DNA of 64,000 nt from Phoronis australis (taxonomy: Eukaryota; Animalia; Phoronida): the NCBI GenBank assembly GCA_002633005.1, contig NMRA01000047.1, forward strand, positions 123,224 through 187,223, given 5' to 3'. Below, piece by piece: positions 40,621 through 51,100 of the stretch (position 1 is its first letter; each line of letters begins with the position of its first letter). The notes under the pieces are model-generated. The model was not told where the DNA came from and ran no database searches. It saw only the letters and a program-made list of their open reading frames with translations. Both the position numbers and the translations under genes were made by a program.

Positions 40621-41198
40621 AGTGTTTATCTGATATATTTCACTATTGGCATCATCACCATCTATACTTTCTCGAACTTAGTATTAGTATTGTCATTTCC
40701 TGCTCTTCAGACCAACTGTTATCATGGCGAATGTGATGTGATTTAGTGCTCGAGTGTACTATGGTTTATGTGCATGACTGTCTAATCTTAATTTGTAATT
40801 GATGGTCCCAATATTATTCCATTATTCCAATATTCCATTTTAGTACAAATGCGGTTCGTTGATTATCCCAGACATATTTTCAGTTAATTACGGCTTCACG
40901 TAATTTGATTAATAATTCGTGCCCTACTCCGGAAGTGATGTTTGGGGGTTAAGAATTTCTCGCTATTTTGTTTCTGCGTTAGAGTTTACTGTGAGCATCT
41001 GTTCTAGTGTTGTTTTCGTGATGGTTTCCTAAAATTGTCTTCACCATTTCCAATCGACGAGTATTCTACAAGCTAAAAAAACCAAAAAACAGTTGCAGGC
41101 GGTCTGATACACGTTGTACCGGACGTGCGCAGGCCTAGAATGTCAGAGAACTCAACTCCGTTGAATTTAGTGATCGTTTAGTTTGTAGTAGCTTGAAA

Positions 41199-41800
41199 AT
41201 GGCTGGAGTCAGCGTCCATACCCCAGTGACGTGAGTCACAGAGACATTGCTCATAGCAGTGGTGACGAGGAATTTTTTCACGAATACTCAGTGGGTGGAC
41301 ATATGTTTGAGCTCGAGTGTAGTGAGGCAGAATACGCACAAACAGCTGTTGAGATGAACGAGGCAGAGACTGAGGACAGACGTGGTGGGACGTCTTGGTG
41401 CAAATGCACGGTGTGCACTGTTATGCGACCTCAATGAAATTCCTATACTGTTCAGAGTACGACGACGATGGAAATTGTATCTGTGCTTCATGTACCTTGC
41501 TTGACACAACATCCTGACTTCGGTGCCCATGTGAATGCTGGCGTGCTAGACACCTTCTTTAAAAGTCACAAAGCTAACTGGCTTAGGTTTTCGAATACAA
41601 GGGGGTCTGGCGGAAGCCTTACGAATGCGTAAGTAAAAATATAGACATTCTGATTGTAAATCCTACTAATATTCTATAAAATAGTCGCAGGTGAGAAATA
41701 TGTTGAAGAAAATTCTCCTAATTATTGAATACATCGCTATGCATGCTTTTGGCACACCAACTGTGCTTTGGCCAGGGATATACGTGTGACTCTCCCGAAA
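41199..41800 (+). pseudogene. P2X7 ballast/nanor-like Zn-cluster protein relic (Kolobok accessory, KolX-like)
   Basis: Frameshifted pieces: SSGDEEFF...GGHMFELE...RRGGTSWCKCTVCTVM; CLTQHPDFGAHVNAGVLDTFF...LTN followed by a GTAAGT donor at 41629; then RYACFW...LARDIRVTLP. This follows the family pattern YxFEP...WCxCxxCxxM...CC...CITxHxxF...RYxAY...LGxxxRxxLPxC. Confidence 0.72.
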
Positions 41801-41818
41801 TTTAGAGGGAGTTGTGAT

Positions 41819-42302
41819 CCCGGGGGCGGGTGTCTTTTTTCTATGCTATCAAATAAGTTGTACCATAGATTCTCGACAGTTACATGTAGTCTAAGGTTGT
41901 AAACAATATTCCCAATCACAGTTGTCTTCAATGGGTACTAACGGGGGTGTGTTCCGGGGAGGGGAGTTGTTCTTTCACATCAGGGATAGGTTTAGGATGC
42001 GCCATAATCTATTCTCGGGTGGGTGCTTTGCCCTCTCAGGTATTGTGGTAATTTGGCTTTAAGGTAGTCTCGGATAGATATTTTTGTCTTGGTGTCGTCT
42101 CGGAACTCATTTAGACTGTATTGTCTCGGTTAGGGTTTCATTGTTTCGATGGATTTTTTTGGTATTGCCTCTGGTAGGATTTTTCATCATTTGGTATCGT
42201 CATTGATACCCATTTTATCATCTGCCTTATGTCGGTCTGGATTTTAACTTTTCACTCTCAGCAACACGTCCCTACCTGCCTACTTGAAGACAACCCCCCG
42301 GG
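41819..42302. mobile_element. Small TIR element with CCCGGGGG termini, inserted at the 3' end of the ballast-like gene
   Basis: CCCGGGGG at 41819 and CCCCCCGGG ending at 42302; non-coding interior. Confidence 0.5.
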
Positions 42303-42619
42303 GTTTGCTGCTGAAGAGTTTAGAGATGTCCAATTTTTTTTATCCTCCCATAATTTTTTCTGCGGCATTTAGCCCAGTGCAGTAGTGTGTTCCTCAAGAT
42401 TCCTCTCCCGGTTCTTTTTATAACTCAAAATGCACCCTACTTTAAGGTTTTTTGGTGAGGAATGGACTATGCCACATTTTTGTTTTTCACTCAAAAAGTG
42501 ACCCTAATCAGTGACGATGGCACATCCGTAGACTGGAGTACCCTGGGACACTTCTAAAGTCTGTTTCTTCAACTATAATTACTATAATTATTATTACGTT
42601 GTTATTATCATTGCATTGC

Positions 42620-44048
42620 CGCAAAGACATTAAACATTGGAATAAGTGAACAGTAGCAACTAAATAAGCATAACAATAAACTTACAGTTACTAACTTCCC
42701 GTCACACACCCCCCACCCCCCTCCCAGCAGAAAATGTCCCGACATCATTAACATACAATATATGCAAATCAAAGCGCAGTGAAATGAAGGATAATGGAAA
42801 ACATTCAGTCTCCTCATGCCACAGACATCACAACGCAACCAATTCCAGCACAGCAACGCCTGTCGCGTGGATATAGCAGATGAAGGTAAACATAAAATTG
42901 CATTCGCTGTAGGTCCACTCGGATTGTAAGAGTGCAATAGACTTCCGTTTGGGTTAACCAATGCTCCTGCAACGTTTCAACGAGTGATGAAAATGCGTGT
43001 GGGAGACTTGTATTTGTCTGAGATATTTAGCGATACATTTGACAGTTATCTCACCCGGTTGAGAAATGTGTTTTAACGCGAACGCGAGTGGGGTATGAAA
43101 CTTAAGCCGTCGGTCAAAATGTGAGTTCTTAAGCAGCGAACTGTGTATCTGGGTCACGTGATTTCTCAACAAGGGGTTGACTATGATCCAGATAAGATAG
43201 CGGTTGTATTGGGTTGGCCTGTTCCAAAGTGTGTGAAAGACTTGTAAAGAGTTTTTAGGTTTCGTAGGGTTTTACCGTCGCTTTATTCAAGACTTTGCCT
43301 CAATTGCTCAGCCTCTTCATGAACTAACGCAGCCATTTTCTGAGCACATTGACGCCAGTATGACGTCGTTAGGTGCCGTATTATATCAGCAGTCGGGGGG
43401 GGTTGAATAGACCCATTGCCTTAGCGAGTCGTTGTTTAAGTGAAGCTGAAAAACGTTATCTAGTACATAATCTTGAGTTTCTGTCTCTTAAGTGGGCCAT
43501 AACGTCTAGGCCTAAGTTTCACGATTACCTTTAATACGGCGGTTTGCCGTTTGTAGTGTACACCGACAATAACCCTTTTACATATACATTGTCCGCAGCT
43601 AAGCTTGACGCAGGCTCTCAGAGGTGGGTTTTTGAGTTGAATAATTATAATTTTCAGCTTGTGTACAAGACTGGTACGTCGAACTGACGCGCTGTCAAGA
43701 ATAGTGTGGCCTGATCACGGACAGGCTTTGCTTTGTGACGTTACGACACGGAGTGGGTTGGACACTTTGACGTCATTCCCTGGTCCTACCAAACATCAAA
43801 ATGTGTACTTTCACCATAACACATACTTTTCAGACACATTCGCAAATTACATACGCTCCATATACGTCAAAGAAGGAAACACACCCTTCTCCGAAGCCTG
43901 TCGCTAGCGAATTAAGTGCCCGACACAAACAGTCACGCCGCATGGTCCACATGACAAAGGATGTACAGACATTAAGCATAAGAATAAGTGTACAATAGCA
44001 ACTAAATAAGTATAACAATAAACTTACAGTTACTAACCTCCCATCACA
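42620..44048. mobile_element. Rearranged Gypsy/Ty3 LTR retrotransposon relic
   Basis: pol fragment on + at about 42865-43730: RT (HKIAFAVGPLGL*ECNRLPFGLTNAPATFQRVM, YLGHVIS, FLGFVGFYRRFIQDFA) and RNase H (DAS..LGAVLYQ, ASRCLSEAEKRY, LEFLSLKWAI, YTDNNP, DALSR). Full LTR at 43734-44048 (TGTGACG...CATCACA). Truncated second LTR at about 42620-42706 with an adjacent purine tract on the - strand (42707-42727). Confidence 0.88.
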
Positions 44049-44299
44049 TGAACAATATTTATGTTGGTTACATTGTTGATAAAGGAAGCTTCAGGTTTCA
44101 AAACAACACTGCTCCATACTGTTGTAAATTTCCGCTTATAAGAAGGACGTTTTCGTCGAATTCAGGAGATCGAAAAATGTGATAGTTATACTGAACACCA
44201 CTAACTTTATGCTGGAGAAGGTTCCTGTCTTATAAACGAGGTCTTGTAATTGAGACTTTAGAATTAACAATATTTTTCTGATACACTGTAGGAGGTGAA

Positions 44300-45040
44300 T
44301 GACATTACACATGGGAGGTGAAAAGGGTACTGGATTCGTGCTTGTATCTTAACATGGCTAAAACAATTTCTAAATGTACCATTTTCTGGTTACCTATCGA
44401 GTAATATTTGACTAGTTGCAACGAGGAAAAAGATGGGGCGCAAAAGCGAAAAGTGCTGCATTCTTGTCTTGTGATGGCAATCCGGCAGAGGACGACTGCA
44501 CTGGACTTCGTTAGATCGATTTGTACTTTTAGTAAACAGTTATCGTCGGGCAAATTACCTAGACTATTTTAAGGGTTTTTAAATACAAATGTGGGTTATT
44601 CGTAACTACCTTCTGTCATTGATTAATTGTTTCAAAAAATACATAATTCACTTACATGTACCTTACTTTCTTGTGTTCCAGCTTCCAAAGCATTGTGAAC
44701 CTGGCAGTTAGATGTGATATTTATTTATTGCCGAGGTGATAAATTTCACTGTTGAAAGATGTCATAGCTATACTATAACTTGAAATCACACGGGGGAAAT
44801 TACAGGCTCTCATTCCGTGAGAAAATCATTCTCACATTGTTTACAGTGGTCGTTTCTAAAATATGTTGACCAAATCTCTTCTCGTCTAGTAAACTTGGCG
44901 ACAAAAGATTCACTTTACTTCATTTCCTGATGTTTTCTTCAAGGGTATTGCCACGACTGTGATGAAGTTAGACCAATTTCTACACTACTCATTAGCTTTT
45001 TGAAAACTGCTGTACGTTAAAATGTGAAAGAGACTGCAGA
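44300..45040 (-). pseudogene. Probable decayed C-terminal part of the same Kolobok transposase
   Basis: Weak motif echoes only (DLTKSS..., FAP, M..L..VLAML.Y). Position and strand fit a continuation of the THAP ORF, interrupted by the 45043-47911 insert. Confidence 0.3.
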
Positions 45041-45042
45041 AT

Positions 45043-47911
45043 GGGGCTATTCGGAGAATTCTCCTCGCGGTGTCGCTGCTGTACCAGTGGCGATTGAATT
45101 GCGCATGCGTCGCTGTCTGCATGTAAACAGCTGGTAAGAAGATGGATTGTTATCAAACTGCGTCGTCGTGCAAAGCCTTATTATTACTATTTCCCCTGGT
45201 GCAAGTCTTCGACAGGTGGTCACAAATTACCAAAAGACCTAAGGTTACTACATACGTGGAGCATTGCGGTCAAAACGGCCAACCAACTGACAAAAAGTGT
45301 GTGGATGCCGAAGCCCCTTTGGGAGACTACATAACGTTACTTGGTAAGTTTTTAGCAATCAAGTTTCTATCGACATCGTTCGGTGATGCTATCCCCACTA
45401 GTTACCCCACTGAGTAACGGGTTTATTGAGTGGAACTAAGTGTTTCTTTTCGGAAACTCACCCAGGACTCGGATGCCGGGTAGGCTAGCAGCACAAATTC
45501 ACATGTTGTCCTCCAGGGGTGGGAATGCGCCCAATTTAAGACGTGTATGGTATGTGACGCTCAGAAGTCAAGGGTTACTTTTTCACAGCAGTTTCTCTTC
45601 GAAGCTATGCTATGTCCAATAAAATTCTCTAGATGAGTGAGTTTCCTTATTATATAGCGGACCCCACCCCCAGGACTACCAGATTAGTTACCGAGTTAAC
45701 ATGAATACTGAAGCTATTCAGTGAACGTCATAACATTGCATTGGAATAAAAATTCACACCTAGAATGAATTTTACTTGTTGCGGTCAGATGCACATTTCA
45801 GATGTCGTTAAAAATACACATTATTAAATCACTTTTAGCCTGTTTCACATTGTTTAATTCAGATCTTAAGGTTGACTTGGGTTAGTTTCTACATATAATC
45901 ATGAAGATAAAACGTCAAGTATGTTCTGCCTTACTGTTGTCTTGTGTTTTCTTTTATAATTTTCTAATATTTCACTGACTATTCTGTTACAGGTGAGAGA
46001 AAACGACTGAAACCAGCCGCCTGACCGTCTACTTTGCCTTTGGACAAAGTGAAAAGCAATCCTTCAGCAGAGAATTGAACCTAATTCAGAAATTCAGTCC
46101 TTGATATGCCTGATTATGGACTCCATAGCGTGGGAAAATTACAATTGTTTTGAACAATGTTGTTTTTTTATGTACTTTTCTTGCATGTGGAACTTTCGTT
46201 GTGGACAAGTTAACACAAAACTTAAAAGTGTTCAAAGGCCTTTTTAAGAAAGCTCTAAAAATAATTACACACACAAACAAATCAAATGCAAAGAAAGGAA
46301 ATTACTTTATTTTGAACACTGTCCATTTCTAGATGTCAACAAAAAATGACAATTCGCAAGCGTAATTGCTAATCATTTCAACTTTATAAAGAATAAGCAC
46401 AACTGCACTGTATGGGGCTTTAAAACTGAGGAAATATTGTGGTTTCAATAATTAGTGACAAACTTGCCTGTTGATGAAAAATTTATTCGATCAACAAAGT
46501 GTAACATTAATTGACTTTCTACTGACAATAAAACATTCGATGCAGTCAATGAATATCATTTCTGCATAATGTGTACCAAATTGAAAAGTTTTTACTATTA
46601 GTATAAAGCGTTTCTTTTGAAAGGAAAAGTTAATGTCACTCAGTGAGAAAGGACAGGTATTTATACCAGATGCTTTTGGTTTTCATTTCACAGAGATCTA
46701 TTTTCAATAGTATATCGAAGCGCTTGTAAAAAAGGTCCAGTTTCGCCAAGTGGCTTCCCTCCAGGTAACCTCATTCAGCCACAATTAGATTCTTGAAGGT
46801 AAACACAACCGCATATCACTTGACACGTTTTGTGCCCGAAATCTGACCCTGAACTAGACCAGAGTGTTACTACGTCTTCTTTAGCTTCAATCCAGCATGT
46901 TTCTTCCAGGAAAGGAAATAAGCTATTGTCCACGCATGACTTATTGCCTATGAAAGGGCATCCTCACCAACGAGGCTGACTTGTGTAGCAGTCAGATATA
47001 GTTCCTCTTCATACACAAACAACACGTTGTATTATGGTAACTTCGTACTGCGATTCACATTTCACCAGGGCCACTGGCATGTACGTTGCGCATTGCAGCA
47101 CTAATGGTGTGTGGAAATGTTGTGGGAAGAGAAAGGAGTAACAAAGTTTGTTCGTTGTCTTCGATGAAGAAAGTAGGCTTTAAAAACAGATCTACACTGG
47201 ATGGGAAGATCTTGCTGGTTAGCTGCACTCAATTGCTTAAAACCATTTTTTGTCCATTCAGGGTCGATGCAGAAGCGATGCATATCTCCTCTGCAAGGTA
47301 CAAGCACTCAAACCTAAAAACCAAGGGTCACGTGAAAACAGACATGATAGATTTTGATTTCAACGTGTAATAAATTTCCGGAAGACATAGGATAGGGAGT
47401 AAACAAATAGTCTAATGTATATTTACGTACCCTTTGCCATGGCATTGGGCTTGGATTGTAATCTCACTAACCAATATCGAGTTAAACGTTCAGCATTCAT
47501 TGATGTAACTGTCACTGATAAACCTGTTAGAAATCATTTTAAACAATAATACTGCTTTGATGTACGAAAAGATACCGACTGACGTCAAGTATCGTAACAC
47601 GCGTTACAACAAACAAAGATTAACCTTACTGGCAACTGCCGCGAAGTCGACATTGGCGAGTATCTCAGTTAACAGGCATCAGTAGAATAAACATGGAACA
47701 ATCGTTAAAATAATCACAAACCTTACCTTTGTATAAGAACGTGCTTACTTTCTCTCATAGAAGCACCCTTTTCACGCAATCTCAGATTCAGTTGGCACGC
47801 CTACAAGCCATTTCACCATGTATTTAAAGGGCTCGCGAAATAGAGGCTGTTAATCTATCACTACTAGTACACGCGCGCCCTCTAGTTATTGTAAATTTTC
47901 CGAATAGCCCC
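45043..47911. mobile_element. ISL2EU-like (PIF/Harbinger-related) element nested in the Kolobok
   Basis: TIRs GGGGCTATTCGGAGAATT / AATTTTCCGAATAGCCCC, flanked by an AT duplication (45041-42, 47912-13). THAP-like relic on + near 45142 (LFP...W...NGQPT). SAP-like (LREKGASMRESKHVLIQR then a GTAAG donor, about 47730-47820), SWIM-like and YqaJ-like relics on -. Confidence 0.72.
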
Positions 47912-48432
47912 ATTTGGACAACTGAATTGAGTGTCTTCACGGATCACGCACAAAAACAATTGTACGTTATACTTATATTCTCACAATAACTCGAATCAAT
48001 AACGAAACTTACAAATATTGTAAAAATTAGCTTACACAAAATATAGTGGAACTTGCTTGAAAACATGAAAGCTTTCATGTGCTTCGTTGACTTTTAAAAT
48101 ACAAGTTTCGCCTAATATCATCAAAGGGTGATGACGTAAACGCTCAACCTAGTGACTGACCACATTTGTCTACAACAGTTTCTGCAGACTGACTGCATCA
48201 AACACAAAATCACAACTAATGCATTTCAGGGTGTAATTGCACAACTGTCCACACTGCTAGAGACAAAATGTCGGCATTCTGGGACCTGTTTTATCAAATG
48301 CACTTGGTCATAGCTAAGACGGTCGGAGGTACAGGTACATAACTGTGAACAAAAAGCATTAAAACAAGCATGAATTGATTATTACTCAATCTTCACAACA
48401 AACTACCATCTACCGGAATTGTACGCTTTGGG

Positions 48433-48806
48433 TTACTTCTCTGAGGCACGGGTGACAGTAGATGAAGGGCCTCCAGTCATTGTAGAGGCCATAGCTCGCG
48501 AGGCTTCTCGCTTCAAAAACGCACTTCTCGGGTGTGGCGACGGTATGACACTCTTCTTCAGGCGTTGTTTTGCAGGAACCTTCACCAATTCCGCGTACAT
48601 AACTCTTTCGTAATCCGACAGCAGAAAATGCTTGCCACACTCTCGGTAATTCTTGTACCTTGCGTGAACGTTAAAAGCTGATTCCGTCACACGAACGAGC
48701 CAAGTACACCGGAGTATGTCATCTTGCGGAAGCGATGTAATGGCATACTCAAAATGCGCGTGACACGATAATGAATACACACCGGTACGTAGTTACCGTG
48801 CAGCAT
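48433..48806 (-). pseudogene. THAP-domain N-terminus of a Kolobok transposase (frameshifted)
   Basis: MLHGNYVPVC...PLHRF, then after a frameshift PQDDILRCTWL...RECGKHFLLSDYE...RLKKSVIPS, matching the THAP pattern C..C..FP..W..C..HF..L...AVP. Confidence 0.8.
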
Positions 48807-50117
48807 GTTGATTGACTCGTAAACAAAAGCAAACGACGACCGAACTTATCACAATCGAGGTAAAACAATGACTGACTCGGCAGCTCACACAGTCAGACTA
48901 TATGAAAACAAAATGGCGGGAACCGCCTAAACGTCATGTCCAGAGTACGGCACGGGAAACTAATTAACTGAAAAAGATGTCTGCCATAATCAATGAACCT
49001 TATTTTTCAGTGCTAAAATGACATGAAAAAGGTTGCCTTCTCCATTAAAGCTATGAGTTAGAATCTGAACTCGATATCTCGGGAATTTACATGTATGCTA
49101 GGGGTCATCAAGTACGAAATCAATTCGGATTAAAAACTCTTCTGCGTAAATCACAATGTACTTAAGCACATAATAACAGGCATTTATCTTGAATTTGCAC
49201 AAAAGTAAAAGGGAAAATGTAAAAATAATAAAAGTACGATTTCGGGTACAAATATTGAACACGCTGGGTGATGTGGAATTTTTGTTAGAACTAGGATCGG
49301 AAGTTTGATAAGAAACCAGATTAGACGCTTAAGGACCCCAGAAGAATGTCAAAATATAGCAAATTTAGGAACATCATATCTCAGAAATGGCTGATCGGAT
49401 TGACAGGAAACTTCCAGACATGCTTTATGTACGCTGCTAGGAATTGCTTTTAAAATGTTACACTTTTGCATAAGACGATATAAAAAATAAGACTTCAAAG
49501 GTTTGGAAGAAATGAAATGAAAACGTATGACAATTTAGGAAATTTAGAAAACTAACGGCGCTTTGAGATCTCATGAACATTTACATCAAATAAAATTCGG
49601 TTATGTAATTGATACATGATCATGTGGCACAAATAATGGCAGATTAGTATCAAATAAAACATTAAAATCTACTTTCAGGAAACACATACTTTTCACGAGA
49701 TGAAATCTATAGTTTTACAGATATTTGGCTAATCGATTAGGTCCTAGATGCATATAACCTAAAGGAGTTTTCTTGGAGCTGTCCTTTCTACCGTCTTATG
49801 AAAATTTACCATAACGTAAACATGCCTAATGCTAACATTTTTGACAGTTTCGTGCACGAGTTGCGACAGTTTGGTCTAACGCGCTTTCGTGGGAAGCAGT
49901 GCTCAGCAACGATGAGGTTAACCTCGTTAAAATTTCTATGAATATGAATATCAAAATATTAGCGTCTTACCCCAACAGAGACCGTCGGCTGCAATTCCCT
50001 CCTGCACTCGAAAATGCCTTAAGTAAGTGAAAGTCGAGATCTGGTATGGTTGCTTCAGTACAACATTCTTATATTTATAAGCACATCTCGCTCAAGAATA
50101 ATACATTTGTCGAATTA

Positions 50118-50129
50118 GGGAAATTTCCC
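50118..50129. promoter_or_regulatory. Palindromic NF-kB-type site GGGAAATTTCCC
   Basis: Exact kB palindrome about 90 bp from an IRF-type AAGTGAAAGT (50025-50034), upstream (on -) of a G|GTAAGA splice donor at 49970. Confidence 0.45.
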
Positions 50130-50267
50130 TGCGCATCGTATAATGAAAACCTGGTTTTTTCCATTTCTTTCAAAAGGTCAACGTTAACAAAAGGTAAATA
50201 TTTCCCCGGTTTCAGTATAACAACAGTGAGTATACAATAGTACACAATAATAACACATATATACATG

Positions 50268-51100
50268 TAGATTATTACATGGCGAATTCGTTATCCCCCT
50301 TATCTAGAGCCCGAGTGGATTTTGGATAATTCTCCAAAATCCACGAGGGCTCAAGATAAGGGGGATAACGACTGAGAACATGTAATAATCTATTTATACC
50401 ACATACTGAATGAGAAACATTGCAATGAATCGATCTACCTTTCTCGACTCGCCTCGGCTTTGTAACTACTTTCTATGTCAGAGGCCCGGGGTCGGAGGTC
50501 GTGACCTTTTAACAAAAGCCGAGCTTTTTTGTCAAATAAGGCTTATACTCAAGACCAATTGAAAATTTAAACAAAATAGAAATAAAGTGAATCTATAAAT
50601 TAAGGTTTAGCAACTATTATAGCTTACTACACATTTTATAACGCTAAGCTTCGACCGGGAAAGTATCGTCTGCTACAGTAGGTTACCACTAGTAACTGAC
50701 TATGATGCTCAAGTCAAAGGATCCCGACGACACGATACCCGCATTCAAATTGGAGATCGGTGAATTACAAGTGAGAGAACACGGCAGAAAAATTTCACTG
50801 AATTAAAATATCGTTTTTATGGAAATTATGCGTCTTATTTTTCATAGTGTATAAATGTCGGTGGACTGTCCTTTGCTGAACATGCGATTGTTGCGCGTGC
50901 TCATTTAAGTATTCTATTTTCACTTTCGATGACGTCAGCCGCTGAGTGGTGTAGTGGTAAAGTTGGCGACTCGAAACTCTTGAGGCCCGGTTTCGAATCC
51001 GGCATCGGTTTCCCGCCAAAATGTTATCTCACTAGTGAGATAACTTTATGGGTTATTACGCGGTTGTATCTGCCATTCGAGACTAATAGTGTGGTGTAAA
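50268..51100. mobile_element. Hairpin-bearing non-autonomous element containing a tRNA-like segment; partial copy at about 33270-33520
   Basis: 125-bp hairpin at 50268-50392; TTTATACCACA (50393) is inverted to TGTGGTGTAAA (about 51100); 50420-50640 is homologous to 33280-33520; perfect palindrome GTTATCTCACTAGTGAGATAAC at 51023-51044. Confidence 0.6.
50938..51009 (+). pseudogene. tRNA-derived sequence (not a functional tRNA)
   Basis: A-box-like TGGTGTAGTGG, T-arm CCGG-TTTCGAAT-CCGG and a 6/7 acceptor stem; the D and anticodon stems do not pair. Confidence 0.55.

Larger units (their letters stand above)
40811..49044. mobile_element. Decayed Kolobok-type DNA transposon (about 8.2 kb including nested inserts)
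   Basis: Absent from the paralogous site GATGGTCCCAGCA-TTAA-AGCTGTGAG (62971-62996). The right end reads ...GGTTGCCTTCTCCA followed by TTAA (49045-49048). Subterminal inverted repeats lie at about 40836-40945 and 48930-49020. It carries convergent relics: a P2X7-ballast-like gene (+) and a THAP transposase (-). The outer left terminus is replaced by short TATTCCA repeats. Confidence 0.8.
33660..49610. repeat. Copy 1 of a tandem segmental duplication carrying TLR-A
   Basis: Colinear non-coding homology with copy 2: 3' flank 33690-33850 vs 57430-57500 plus 58405-58470; intron end 34100-34470 vs 58720-59190; upstream 39600-40180 vs 61860-62430; 40745-40810 vs 62905-62980; 49045-49610 vs 62984-63722. 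Confidence 0.85.

Noticed and set aside
50938-51009. Functional tRNA gene
   Set aside because: The D and anticodon stems do not pair and the sequence is embedded in a repeat. The similar pieces at about 8165-8220 and 40540-40610 are also degenerate.
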